Shown here in pieces: positions 13,551 to 28,064 of a stretch of 64,000 bases of DNA. Every line of letters begins with the position of its first letter. Within the stretch, counting starts at the first letter, position 1. Location: NCBI RefSeq assembly GCF_009914755.1, contig NC_060936.1, one strand, 5' to 3'. Made by a program: the position numbers and the translations under genes. Origin of the DNA: the human T2T-CHM13v2.0 reference genome, Homo sapiens. The notes under the pieces are model-generated. The model searched no databases. It was not told where the DNA came from and saw only the letters and a program-made list of their open reading frames with translations.

Positions 13551-16449
13551 TGACATAGGGGTACACAGGGCATTTGAGCATTTCTCAATATCACTGCCCA
13601 ATTGGCAAGCTATTTCCCTGTGGAACCCTCTACACATTTCAAAGTGCCTAAATGTAGCCTAAAACCAAATTGTTTAACAATGGGATTTCTATGACTTCAA
13701 ATAATTTATTTCCTTTTGCTCAAGGCTGACAGATTTCTGACACAATGCTTATTTTAGCCTTGGGTGTAATACTCAGCCTGGGTTTGGAGCAAATTGAAAA
13801 TTAAGGGTTTTATTTCAGGTCCTGCCTCTGACCTTGGTCTCTATTTGACCTCGGGTAAATTCACATCTCTTGAAGGGCAAACTGTCCAGACAGAGAACGT
13901 TTAGCTGTGGTTTTCCTTGGATTTGAAACATTTCCCCCCTGTGATTTGTGTCTCTAACATGGTCTCATTTTATATAACCCCAAATAAAGCCTCATTTGTT
14001 TCCCTTGGCTTATTTGAAATCACTAGGGCTACGTACTCCATATATTCAAGTTTTGCAAAATTCCCTGGGATGAATCCCTTTATATGCACCAAAGCCAGTT
14101 CTGCTTTGTTGATTAGCTTGGTAATCTTCTGGGCCTCTTTGGGGATTTCAGAACTTGTGTTCTCATGGTGAAATGTGCCAAAACTGGCAGATAGAAAATA
14201 CAAATTGGTCTTTATAACTGAGGTTCCTGCACTTATTTCCTAGAAGTTAAGCCCTGAGTTTTAGGTCTTTTTGTAGTGACCTAGGAGTATAGTATGAGCT
14301 ATACGGAGGGCTCAGAGCTACAGTGACACCCAGCCAAGTGTCTTCTTCATTGAGGATGTGTAATTACCCCCAAAATACCAACTCCTGGGTTCCAAAAGCT
14401 ATCATTAAGTCTTTTATCTTTTTAAATTGACAAGTCTGATTGGATTAGCCATAAACCAGAAAACATGTGTTTTTCTTTTAAATGTACCTCTGAGTTCACA
14501 TACAACTTTCACTGAGCCCATCCCATAACCAATACTTTGCTATGAAAAAGACAAGCAAAGGGAGAATCCCAATCTTTGCCTTCCAGGAAATTTAGTTTGG
14601 TTGGAGAAATTTGACCACAGGAGATAAATACATTACCAGTTAATAGCACTGAGGTTTGGTGTGAAGAGAACTGTGGAATTGTCAAGCATCTGAAGGCCAG
14701 ATCTGGCTGTCTCTATAGACTGTGGATAAAAACATAGTTATACTTTGGTATCATTCATAAACAAGCTTCAAAAGAATTATAACTGTATCATCTGGTGTGT
14801 ATGTTTTCGTGTAGGTGAGTGAGTATATTACTGAGGCATCTTACATGTTGAAAAGGCTTAAGAAAACCAGATAATCTGGACCATCATGATACCTCTCCAG
14901 TGCCTGGAAGCTGTTGATAGATGATGCATGTTGTTGATGCTTTGAAATCTTATTTAAATATTTAGGTGGACAGATGGCCCAGGGCACTGAGGACAAGGAG
15001 GAGAATGATTAACATCCTGGCGTTCATTCTTACAATCTTCGAGATTCAGTCATTGGATTATCTGTTCTCTAAAAATTCAAATTCATTTGTACTCTGGCTT
15101 CTTCAAGAGAAATGCATCTGAGATCCGTCACACACTGTGACGAACCCTGTTATGGCCACCTTCAAAGACTGCATCCTTTTCGATCTTGGATGACTTTCTT
15201 GCCCTAGACCCAAGTGACCAAATTCATTATTGATGTGTTGGCAGATGTTTGCTCATATTCTTCCAGATTAAATGGGATTTAAATGTGATCATTCAGGTAG
15301 GCTGCTTTGAGTTTGAAGGAGCATGTTTCTACTCTGTGGTGAAGAGGGGCTCTGTGCAGGCTTGAGAACAAGAGAAAAAGTTAAAAGCATTTTACAACAC
15401 CCTTTTCTTTCTTGTTGATTTTTCTGAAGCTATTAAAAATTTTTTGGACTGCTTTGAGGAGGCCCATTCCTCCCTCAAATGTCAGCCCTTTTTCTCAATT
15501 CAGAATTTCTGGTATTTTCTTTTGGGACAAATATAATTCAGAACTGTGTCTATACAATCCAGTGAAGTGGGGAATTCCAGATAACTCAAACAATAAATGA
15601 TGTTTCCCTCAATGATCCAAATATTTTAGATGAATGTGTTAAAAATATTTTTGTTTGAAACTATCTAGATCAAGAACCCAATTCTCCACATTACTTTGCA
15701 TAAACATAGGGTGTTTATATCTTTTTTAAAAGGTTCTTAACAATAAAAATCCAGCATTGGAGTTTTAATTCATTTTATTCCTGTTTCCTGTGGAAAGCAT
15801 TCTGTGTCCCTTCTTTACCCCATTATATTCTCAGAAGCAGCTGCTGTTGCCTTGGCCACAATACAGCATTTATTTGCTGATTTTGGGACATTTATGTCCA
15901 AAGTTGGCTGAGCTGTGGGAATGCTGAACTTCTTGGAATACAAGCCTACAAGCAGTGGGTCATGGGCCTGTGAGGCACCTGTGAGCACACCCTTGTTAGT
16001 CTGTAAGCACAGACCCCTCAGTTTCCACTAATTATGTCCTAAACACAGAGCAGGCTCTAGTGGGCTGTAAGCACAACCGACATGGGCAGGTTAAGGCCAG
16101 GACACACAGCTTCCATGAAGTAAGGGGTCTCCTCTGGACTTGTTCAAAGATTTAGAAACTCACTACACAAGCTCATTTGTCTGTCCAGCTTTTGGGCTTA
16201 ACTTGGAAAATAGGGAGGCAATCCAAATGGACATTTCTAAAATTCTCTATTCTTGGGAGTTTTGACCCAAACCTAATCAACTACATAGGACTTCCCACTG
16301 GGCACTCATTAGTTCAAGAGCAAACGGTTTCCTATGCTTCCTGCCTTGGGCCACTGCCATAGTTCAATCTTACCCTGTCTAGAGAACCTTTCATGAACAG
16401 GGGAACTCTGACAGTGAGGCAGTGAAAAGTGCCACTTCTCTGTTTCAGG

Positions 16450-16955
16450 TCTGTGTTTAAAGCATTCAGTGGTTCACTATCTAAAAGCTCGTCTGTGATC
16501 TAGCCCCTGCTGACCACTCCCATACTTTGCCACTTCTTACATTGTATTTTATATTTCAGCAATTTCAAACCATATGAAGTCCCCATACTCTGAAGCAAAC
16601 TCATGTTCTTTCTTGCCTTTCTGTCTTTGTTCAGGTGTTCCTTCTATCTGGAATATCTTCTTCCCAGTGACTGCTCATCATTTTCTTCCTGCACCCTGCT
16701 CTGCTCTCTCTTTTATTGTTAAGACCCTGCATTGGTATTATTTCCCCCAGAAATCCCTCATCTTTGTCAGTGGGTATGCACATACCACATTGTTTTATAC
16801 CTGTCGAGTTGTGTGTCTGTTTCCCCTGTTAGACTCTGAGATCCTCTAGAGTAGACACTAGGTCTCTTTTATCTTTATTTTCTCTGATGCCTGACTCAGA
16901 GAATGGAGCACAAGTGGAGACTCAAATAAACACTCAATAAATTGAATGGATAAGT
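16450..16955 (+). mobile_element. L2 3' end
   Basis: ctgtttcccctgttagactctgagatcctctagagtagacac...aataaattgaatggataa. Confidence 0.7.
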
Positions 16956-17039
16956 AAGCCTTCCTGGGTGGGTAGGGGATGATGCTTTTTGGTCAGGAGT
17001 TCTATTCAATGATGGGCAGAGAATAAACCACATCACAAT

Positions 17040-17305
17040 AATAATAATGGTTATGTTCTATCTGAGCATCTATTACCTGAGAAGTATTGTCAATATGTGT
17101 AGCCCGTGCAAAAACACTATGAGGTAGACACTATGATTATCTCTATAAAACACAAGGGAAAGATTATGGTGGTAATTATGATAATTATAATAGAGATAAT
17201 AAAGAACTTAAAATGTAAAGAAAAGGAAACTCCACAAGACAGAAGCTGAATGATTTTCTTAAGGTCACACATATTCACAAAAAGTAGAGCCTGGGATTGC
17301 TAACC
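17040..17305 (-). mobile_element. MIR SINE
   Basis: tgagcatctatt...aaacactatgaggtagacactatgattatc...tgattttcttaaggtcacac. Confidence 0.6.
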
Positions 17306-17932
17306 AATGCCAACATAATATGCTTGATCAATGACATATTATTTGGAGGCAGGTGTAGAAACTGGCCATGTTGGAGACCAATTGAAATCCCCCCAAATGC
17401 AATTGGATTTTGAATTACTCTACTGAGAAAACTCTAAAAACAGTAGAACCAATATATATTTCATTCAATTTGGGGCTGGCAGAGCCTGTGTACACATGGG
17501 CTCCAAAGGCAGGAACAGCTTGTTAATCTGGCATTTAACTACCAGAAATTTCTATTAACAATTATTGCTGGGAAGAGCAATTGGTGCATAATGATGGCCC
17601 TAGGGTATTGCTTGGTCATGAAGTGCCTCCTGAATCATAATAACAATGAGAATTATGTTCGGTCTAATTTTAGTATTGAGTTTTTACTGTCTTCGAAGTC
17701 TTTGGATGTCAGTAGTTATTCTCTGAATAACTTATATATACTTAACTGTATTAAATATTTTAATAACCAGAAACCCCCCTAAAGAGAAAGTTTATTATAC
17801 TTTAAACTTGACCATTATTTAAAAATAATGGATGTTGTTGTAATTTCTGAAATGTAAATTCATGAGAAAATGCAAATTCATAATCACATTTGGTTATTAT
17901 ATACTTATCAATTAAAGGATATAATTTGCCCA

Positions 17933-18550
<618 letters not shown>

Positions 18551-18553
18551 GGC

Positions 18554-21500
18554 ATTGCTTTTGGTATTTTAGTCATGAAGCCTTTGCCCTTCCCTATGTC
18601 CTGAATGGTATTGCCTGGGTTTTCTTTTATGGTTTTAGGTGTTATGTTTAAGACTTTAATCTATCTTGAGTTAATTTTTATGTAAGGTGTAAGGTTGGGT
18701 TCCAATTTCAGTTTTCTGCATATGACTAGCCAGTTTTCCTAACACCATTTATTAAATAGGGAATCCTTTCCCCATTGCTTGATTTTGTCAGGTTTGTCAA
18801 AGATCAGAGGGTTGTAGATGTGTGGCGCTATTTCTGAGGCCCCTGTTCTGTTCTGATTGTCTATATATCTATTTTGGTACAAGTACCATGCTGTTTTGGT
18901 TACTGTAGTCTTGTAGTGTAGTTTGAAGTCAGGTAGCATGATGCCTGCAGCTTTGTTCTTTTTGCCTAGGATTGTCTTGGCTATATGGGCTCTTTTTGGT
19001 TCCATACGAAATTTAAGGCAGTTTTTCTAATTCTGTGAAGAAAGTCAATGATAACTTCATGGGGATAACATTGAATCTATAAATTACTTTGGGTAGTATG
19101 GCCATTTTCATGATATTGATTCTTCCTATCCATGAGCATGGAATGTTTTTCCATTTGCTTGTGTCCTCTCTGATTTCCTCGAGCAGTGGTTTGTAGTTCT
19201 CCTTGAAGAGGTCCTTCATATGCCTTGTTAGTTGTATTCCTAGGTATTTTATTCTCTTAGTAGCAATTGTGAATGGGAATTCACTCATGATTTGGTTCTC
19301 TGTTTGTCTGCTATTGGTGTATAGGAATGCTTGTGATTTTTGCACATTGATTTTGTATCCTGAGACTTTGCTGAAGTTGTTTATCAGCTTAAGGAGATTT
19401 TAGGCTGAGACAATGGGGTTTTTTAAATATACAATCATGTCATCTGTGAACAGAGACAATTTGAGTTCCTCTCTTTCTATTTGAATACTCTTTATTTCTT
19501 TCTCTTGCCTGATTGCCCTGGCCAGAACTTCCAATGCTATGTCAAATAGGAGTGGTGAGAGAGGGCATCCTTGTCTTGTGCCAGTTTTCAAAGGGAATGC
19601 TTCCAGCTTTTGCCCAATCAGTATGATATTGGCTGTGGGTTTGTCATAATTAGCTCTTATTATTTTGATATACGTTCCATCAATACCTAGTTTATTGAGA
19701 GTTTTTAGCATGAAGGTTTGTTGAATTTTATCAAAGGCCTTTTCTGAATCTTTTGAGATAATCATGTGGTTTTTGTCATTGGTTTTGTTTATGTGATGGA
19801 TTATGTTTATTGATTTGTGTATGTTGAACCAGCCTTGCATCCCAGGGATGAAGTCGACTTGATCATGGTGGATAAGCTTTTTGATGTTCTGCTGGATTCA
19901 GGTTACCAGTATTTTGTTGAGGATTTTCACATCGATTTTCATCAGGGATACTGGCCTGAAATTTTTTGTTGTTGTTGTGTCTCTGCCAGGTTTTGGTATC
20001 AGGATGATGCTGGCCTCATAAAATGAGTTAGGGAGGAGTCCCTATTTTTCTGTTGTTTGGAATAGTTTCAGACGGAATGGTACCAGCTCCGCTTTGTGCC
20101 TCTGGTAGAATTTGGCTGTGAATCCATCTGGTCCTGGGCTTTTTTCTGGTTGGTAGGCTATTAATTACTGCCTCAATTTCATTACTCGTTATTGGTCTAT
20201 TCATGGATTCAACTTCTTCCTGGTTTAGTCTTGGGAGGGTGTATGTGTCCAGGAATTTATCCATTTCTTCTAGATTTTCTAATTTATTTGCGTAGAGGTG
20301 TTTATAGTATTCTCTGATGATACTTTGTATTTCTGTGGGTTGGTGGTGATATCCCCTTTTTCATTGGTATTGTGTCTATTTGATTCTTCTCTCTTTTTTT
20401 CTTTATTAGTCGGGCTAGCTGTCTATCTATTTTGTTAATCTTTTCAAAAAAACCAGCTCCTGGATTCATTGATTTTTTGAAGGGTTTTTCATGTCTCTAT
20501 CTCCTGCAGTTCTGCTCTCCTCTTGGTTATTTTGTGTCTTCTGCTAGCTTTTGAGTTTGTTTGCTCTTGCTTCTCTAGTTCTTTTAATTGTGATGTTAGG
20601 GTGTCGATTTTAGATCTTTCCTGCTTACTCCTGTGGGCATTTAGTGCTATAAATTTCCCTCTAAACACCGCTTTAGCTGTGTCCCAGAGATTCTGGTACG
20701 TTGTGTCTTTGTTCTCACTGGTTTCAAAGAACTTATTTATTTCCACCTTAATTTCGTTATTCACCCAGTAGTCATTAAGGAGCAGGTTTTTCAGTTTGCA
20801 AATAGTTGTGCAGTTTTGAGTGAGTTTTTTAATCCTGAGTTCTAATTTGATTGCACCTTGGTCTGATAGACTGTTTGTTATGATTTCCATTCTTTTGCAT
20901 TTGCTGAGGAGTGTTTTACTTCCGACTATGTGGTCGATTTTAGAATAAGTATGTGTGGTGCTGAGAAGTGTGTATATTCTGTTGATTTGTGATGGAGAGT
21001 TCTGTACATATCTATTAAGTCTGCTTGGTCCAGAGCTGACTTCAAGTCTTGAATATCCTTCTTAGTTTTCTGTGTCCTTGATCTGTCTAATATTGACAGT
21101 GGGGTGTTAAAATCTCCCACTGTTATTGTGTGGGAATCTAAGTCTCTTTGTAGGTGTCTAAGAACTTGCTTTATGAATCCGGATGCTCCTGTATTGGGTG
21201 CATATATATCTAGGATGGTTAGCTCTTCTTGTTGCATTGATCCCTTTACCATTATGTAATGCCCTTCGTTGTCTTTTTTGACCTTTGTTGGTTTAAAGTC
21301 TGTTTTATCAAAGACTAGGATTGCACCCCCTGCTTTTATTTGCTTTCCATTTGCTTGGTAAATCTTCCTCCCTCCCTTTATTTTGAGCCTATGTGTGTCT
21401 TTGCATGTGAGATGGGTCTCCTGAATACAGCAAACCAATGCATCTCGACTCTTAATCCAATTTGCCAATCTGTGTCTTTTAATTGGGGCATTTAACCCAT

Positions 21501-21698
21501 TTACATTTAGGGTTAAAAATTTTTATGTGTGGATTTGATCCTGTCATTATGATGCTAGCTGGTTATTTTGCCCATTAGTTGATGCAGTTTCTTCATAGCA
21601 TCGATTGTCTTTACAATTTGGTATGTTTTTGCAGTGGCTCATACCAGTTTTTGCTTTCCATATTTAGTGCTTCCTTCAGGAGTTCTTGTAAGGCAGGC
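18554..21698 (-). mobile_element. Inverted 5' segment of a twin-primed L1PA7-like element (ORF1 end, EN and RT of ORF2)
   Basis: Minus-strand ORFs 20926-21468 (endonuclease: IQETHL, YAPN, GDFN) and 19400-19840 (RT: [18 protein letters not shown]); frameshifted. Confidence 0.95.
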
Positions 21699-22726
21699 AA
21701 CAAAAGCCAAAATTGACAAGTGGGATCTAATTAAACTAAAGAGCTTCTGCACAGCAAAAGAAACTCTCATCAGAGTGAACAGGCAACCTACAGAATGGGA
21801 GAAAATTTTTGCAATCTATCCATCTGACAAAGAGCTAATATTCAGAATCTACAAGGTACTTAAACAAATTTACAAGAAAAAAACAACCCCATCAAAAAGT
21901 GGGCAAAGGATATAAACAGACACTTCTCAAAAGAATACATTTATGCAGCCAACAAACATATGAAAAAAGCTCATCATCACTGATCATTAGAGAAATGCAA
22001 ATCAAAACCACAATGAGATACCATCTCACACCAGTTAGAATGGTGATCAGTAAAAAGTCAGCAAACAGATGCTGGAGGGGATGTGGAGAAATAAGAATGC
22101 TTTTACACTGTTGGTGGGAGTGTAAATTAGTTCAACCATTGTGGAAGACAGTGTGGTGATTCCTCAAGGATCTGGAGCCAGACATACCATTCAACTCAGC
22201 AATCCCATTTCTGGCTATATACCCAAATGATTATAAATCATTCTACTATAAAGACTCATGCACATGTATGTTTATTGCAGCATTATTCACAATAGCAAAG
22301 ACTTGGAGCCAACCCAAATGCCCATCAATGATAGACTGGATAAAGAAAATGTGGCACATATACACCATGGAATACTATGCAGCCATAAAAAAGGATGCAT
22401 TCATGTCCTTTGCAGGGATATGGATGAAGCAGAAATCTATCATTCTCAGCAAACTAACACAGGAACAGAAAACCAAACACCACATGTTCTCACTCATAAG
22501 TGGGAGTTGAACAATGAGAACACACAGACACAGAGAGGGGAACATCACACACTGGCACCTGTCAGGGCATTGGGGGCTAGGGGAGGGATAGTATTAGGAG
22601 AAATATCTAATGTAGATGACAGGTTAATGGGTGCAGCAGACCACCATGGCACGTGTATACCTATGTAACAAACTTGCATGTTCTACACATGTATTCCAGA
22701 ACTTAAAGTATTAAAAAAAACAAAAA
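21696..22726 (+). mobile_element. Sense 3' segment of the same L1 (ORF2 end, 3'UTR, A-tail), L1PA6/7-like
   Basis: [18 protein letters not shown] and the Cys-rich CWRGCGE...HCWWEC; 3'UTR ggggctaggggagggatag...tgtagatgac; degenerate TSD agaatggagggc (18542-18553) / agaatagatggc (22727-22738). Confidence 0.95.
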
Positions 22727-23769
22727 AGAATAGATGGCAAATAGACGTTCTCCTGCGTGCCAATACATTGGTAATGTCATCTTGGGGCACTATTTGGGGA
22801 TCTCTTCAGCACTTCAGAAAAAGTGCTGTGACCAATTTTTGAAATCCAATTATATAGTATTAGAGGAGGAACAGCAACTTCAATGCAACGAATGCATTTG
22901 CCACTCCATCTCTGGAAAAGCATCAATGGAAAAACATTAATCAATCAATCCATATTTATTGATAGTCTTCTATCACTTGTATGAAATATTGCCCACAACT
23001 GGGGTTGGCACTATGGAAATATAAAGAGGATTATTAGACATTGTCCTTGCAATATAACTAAGTACAGTATGTCCATGACATAGATTGCAGTACAGACTCA
23101 AGAAGAAATGAAATCCTCACTTTTATTTTTGAACGAGGTTTTGATGTATGAAAATGTTCGTTTCCTGCAGGACAATTAGATGGAGAGCTAGAGAGAACTC
23201 TTGCATAATCTCTCAAATGTCCTGGTGACCAGACACGATCAGGGATTTGGGGAGGGAGGTCAACAGACTGAAAGTATCAACCAAGCAGGTCCTGAGTAAA
23301 GTGCAGGCCAAACAAAGTGCACATGGAGAGGTGTGGGCTATGAATTAAGGTTTTAGGTCTCCAATTCCCTTCCCACTAAGAGCCTTCAAGTTAAGGATCC
23401 AAAGCTTGAATTGGCTCTGACTGTGGATTGGCAGTTCACTTAGACCACTGGAGAGCTTGGATTTGTTTGCTTTAAAGTTTCCTCCAAGACATATTTAATA
23501 GGCAGATGTAAACCTATATGTTCTCCTTCCAACAATTCTTGGATCTTCTTGTTCCTTGATGCCTGCACTCTTTTCCCAGGGTGTCTTTAGCAACATAATC
23601 TTTCCTTTGCTAAAGGAGAAGGGCCTTTGGCTTGCATGCTTTCCCACCACCCTGTCAGTTATTACGTCTGTTTTCTTGAAATGGCTCACTCCAGCTTGTT
23701 TATTTATGATGGATCTTGTGGTCAGCTGCAAACTTAGTTTGCAGTTTTTTGGGTAACACTTATTGTTTT

Positions 23770-24300
23770 CATCCGATTAAAGAATAATGCATGCCAATGG
23801 TTGAAAAATTGAAAAATACAGTGAAGTATAAAAATGAAAATTCAAATCACTTGTAATTCCATCACCCAGAGCTAATCACTGCTAATGTTTTGAAATATTT
23901 TCTTTTAGGCTTTTTTTCTATGCATATAGATGGTGATTGATCATGTCTCCATGTCTTACTAAACAAAAACTTAAGGTCTATATAGTTTCAACTGATTCTG
24001 ACTTTTTAAAGCAGTTCTTAACTAATGCAGGCACCTAAATCTTTGTTCACATTTTTCATTATTTCTGTAGGAATAGACTCTTGTAAAAGAAATTATGGTT
24101 TCAAGTCTATGAATATTTTTAATGACTTAATACAAATATACCAATTTAAATCTTCATGAGCATGATAATGCTAGCATCATTTCACTATATCCTTGCTAAA
24201 TTAATAATTCTGTATTGTTAATTTCAATTCAATAATTTAGTAGGCTAAAAATAGTATATTATTATTTTATGTTCAATTTTTTGGACTACTTACTAGTGAG
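23770..24300 (-). mobile_element. Old L1M (L1ME4-like) 3' fragment
   Basis: aaatcacttgtaattccatcacccagagctaatcactgctaatgttttg. Confidence 0.55.
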
Positions 24301-24479
24301 TTTTATAACCTTTGATAGAGAATTGAGTCCAGAAATCCTGGCCCTTATTTGTCTGCATTTAACCTTCATTTATTTACCACTGATATTGAGTTCCTGGCTC
24401 CACTAAGTAGGGTCTATGCACTGTTTTTGATCCATAAAACATGTTAACCTCCACACTACATGTTTTCTCTTCATTTAAC

Positions 24480-25350
24480 CATCATACATTCGTGAAATAT
24501 TTATTGAAAAGCTACCATATTTTAGGCTTCTGAATCTAGAGATGGATGGATGAAAATTGAAGATATCTAACTTACAGAAATTCATAGTATAGAGGCAACA
24601 CATACAGATAAGATGGGAAATAAAGTATAGTATTTTGATGTCACACAGTTAATAAATAGTTACTGATTGTCATTTATGTACCATAAATTACGCTAAGCAA
24701 TAAGGATACCAAGAATTAACAAGATAGACATAGTTTTTTTCTTTACAAAGCCTAGATTATTGTTAGCTATACAGAACTGTATAACGATTATTATAATGTA
24801 GTGGGGTAACTTAGAAGCCGCTTAAAATAGTGGCTAAGGACCTGGCTCTGAATCCAGTCCGTCTGGGTCAAATCCTGGCTCAACCACTAATTAGCTGTAC
24901 TCTGTGATTATGGGCAGGTAAATTAGCCATTCTGTTCTTCAGTTTCCTCACTGAGAAAATAGAAGCAATAACAGGGTTGTTTCATAGATTCATGCAAAAC
25001 AGTTAGTGCAAGACCTAGCATGTAGTAGGTGCTCATACAAGTTTTATTTTATTTTAGAACTGTGATATGGAAAGCACAGTTTGTGTTGTTAGAGTATGTA
25101 GGAGGAGCACTTGATTTAGACTCATTGAGCAGGGGGCATCAAAGAAGATCCTTTAGGTGGAAGAAACAGCCTGAAACCTGAAAGATGAGGAGGTAATATG
25201 GCACATTTGAAAGAGTGCCATAGATGTGTGCTATGGGTGTAAGGGTATAGCTCACATGCAGAGAGAATAATATGTGTGAAGCCTCAGAAGAAAGACAGTG
25301 AATGGCTTTCAAAAAACTAAAAGAGGTTCAGTGTGACCAGAATACAGAGT
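24480..25350 (-). mobile_element. L2 fragments (interrupted by a MIR)
   Basis: cattcgtgaaatatttattgaaaagctacc; tgaaacctgaaagatgagg; aaaactaaaagaggttcagtgtgaccagaatacag. Confidence 0.6.
24820..25045 (+). mobile_element. MIR SINE
   Basis: atagtggctaaggacctggctctgaatccagtccgtctgggtcaaatcctggctc...cagtttcctca...tagtaggtgctca. Confidence 0.8.
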
Positions 25351-25429
25351 TTGAGGATCTTTCAGTTATCTATTGTTATCCAACAACACACCTCAAAATG
25401 CAGTGGCTTTGAAATACAAAAGGCTGATT

Positions 25430-27478
25430 TGCATCAAGTAACTGATAATTTTGCATCAGAAAGCACAGAGACTAGAGGATAGTGGAATGACATCCTTAAA
25501 GCACTGAAAGAAAAAAAAAACTATCAACCCAGAATTTAGTATCCATCAAAAATATCCTTCAGGAATGAAAACAAAATGAAACCTTTCTCGGGTGAAAGAA
25601 AATGGAGAGAATTTGTCACCAGCGGACCTGCTCTAAAATAAATGCTAAAAGAAGTTATTCAGGATGGAAGAAAATTATACCAGATACTAAAGACTTCAGG
25701 AATGAAGAAAGAGCAACAGAAATGGCAAATAGCTGGGTAAATATAATAAGCTTTTTTCTCATCTTAAAATTCTTTAAAAATTTATATAACTGTTGAAAGA
25801 AAAATTTCTAACATTGTCTGATGGGATTTTCAGTCTATGCAGATGCAATACATGTGACAACTATAACATAAAGGGTGAGAGTAAAGGAAGCTATTTGGTT
25901 GCAAGGCATCTATATTTTACTTGAAGTAGTAAGATATTAACTCTAACCATACTGTGAAAGGTTAGGCATCAATATTCTCATCTCTACAGTAACCACTAAA
26001 ACAATAATACAAAAAGATATATCCAGAAAGCCAACAGAGAAATTAAAATGAAATTATTGAACAGTATTCAAATAATTAAAAAGGCAGGAAAGGGGGAACA
26101 GAGGAACAGAAAAACAGAGAGGACAAACAGAAAAAAATAATAAAATGGTAGGCATAAATCTAACCATATCGACAATGTCGTTAAATGTAGATAGTTAAAT
26201 ACAATAATTAAAGGACAGAGATAGATTTTTTGTTGTTGTTAAAAAAAGACAGAACTATATGCTATCTACAAGAAATCCACTTTAAATATAATGTATATAT
26301 TATAGATAGGTTAAAAGTAAAAGGATAGAAAATGTATGCAAATACTAATGAAAAGAGAGCTAGAGTGAATATATTAATATCGGACAAAGTAGACTTCATA
26401 AAAAATTACCAGAGATAAAGAAGAAAATTGCGTAATGAAAAAAAAGTTAATTCACTGAGAAAACATAAGAGTTCTAAATGTGTATATATACCAAAAACAG
26501 CTTCAAAATACATGAAACAAAAATTAATACAACCAAAAGGAGAAATGGACAAATCCATAAGTATAGGAAGTTTCAACAGTCCTTTCTCAGTAATTGATAA
26601 AGGATTAGGAAGGAAACTGACAAAAATATAGTAGACTTGAACACAACCAATGAACTTTATCTGATTGACATTTATAGAACACAAGAACTAAAACCACATT
26701 TTTTTCAACTCTATATGAATGTTCACCAAAATAGACCATATCCTGGACCACAGTGAAGAATAAAAAAACCAACAACTTAACAAATGTAAAAAACTTTAAA
26801 TTATACAGCGTATGTTATCTGATCATAAAATGGATAAAATTAAAATCAATAACGTAAAGATATATGGGAATTTTACAAATATTTGGAAATTAAACAACAT
26901 ACTTTTAAATAACCTGTGAGTGAAGAGGAAGTCTGAAGAGAAATTAGAAAACATTTTTGAGTTTAATAAAAATGAAAGTACAATATATCAAAATTTGTAA
27001 GATGCAACTAAAGTAGTGCTTCAAGGGCCATTTATAGTATTAAATACTTATTTTAGCATTTAGTATTATCATAGTATTAAATGTGTGTATTAGAAAAGAA
27101 GAACAACAAGCAATCAAAGCCTCTACCTAAAGGGACAGTAAATAGAAGATAAAATTAAACTCAAAGAAAGCAAAAAAAAAAAGAAATGATAAAGAGCATA
27201 CATTGCAATGAAATGGAAAATAAAGATAATAGAAAAAAATGAAGCCATTATATATTTTAAAAGAGATTAATAAAAAGCTCTATCTAAATGACCGAGAAAA
27301 CCCTTTTTAAAAATAGAGAGACATAAATTACCAATATCAGGAATAAAGGGGAATATCATTACAGAATCTTCATACATTAAAAGAATAATAACAACTCTAT
27401 GCCTATAAATTTGACAACTTAGATGAAATAGACCAATGCCTTGAAAAACACAAACTGCCAAAACTCACACAAAAACTG
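25430..27478 (+). mobile_element. L1M (L1MB/MC/M4-type) ORF1 end and ORF2 endonuclease region
   Basis: ctatcaacccagaatttagtatccatcaaaaatatccttcagg; ORF 26428-26631 (KYMKQKL...GSFNSPFSVID); tatgcctataaatttgacaacttagatgaaat. Confidence 0.85.
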
Positions 27479-27479
27479 C

Positions 27480-27632
27480 CACTTTCCTTGGCTGCTGTTA
27501 TTCTTTCTGGACCAGAAATTCCTTAAGGATTTTGACTGTGTCTTATTTATTTTTCTTATACCCAATGATTATAGAACACATGACACAAAAGAGGTATCCA
27601 ATAAATATGCATTGGAAGAATTGATGAATTGA
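27480..27632 (+). mobile_element. L2 3' end
   Basis: gactgtgtcttatttatt...caataaatatgcattggaagaattgatgaattgaa. Confidence 0.65.
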
Positions 27633-28064
27633 ACACTCTAATGAATTTTTCTTTGCCCAGGAGTTGATTTACAATCAGCTCTAACCTTGGGATTTCAGAG
27701 GAGGTAAGGAGTATCATTGTTAGTTTTTCATTATCATCTCTTTTTCAATATCATCAAAAGAGATGAAATCATTATCTCTTTTCATCATCCTCTTCATGTG
27801 TTTTTGTTGCTTCTTTGGGAGCAGCTTTGAAAGTGCAGATCAGAAATTGTATGCAAGCCTATCTATGCCTGAATGTAAAAAGCTCGTTGCTGTGGTTGTG
27901 TGCTGCCAAACTAGTAGTAGACAGTAGACATGAAATCATTTCTTTGGCAGGAAAGAGAAGGAATATAATAGTTCTATCTGACTGCCAGCCTACCAAGATG
28001 CTAGGCACCTCATAAATGCCAAGTTAGGAAAGAAGTAGGCTGAACTGGCCAAGAGTTGGAAACA

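Noticed and set aside
18739-22668. L1 ORF2 fragments as a possibly active retrotransposon
   Set aside because: Multiple frameshifts and stops, an inversion, no 5'UTR, and FADD changed to FTDD; dead copy.
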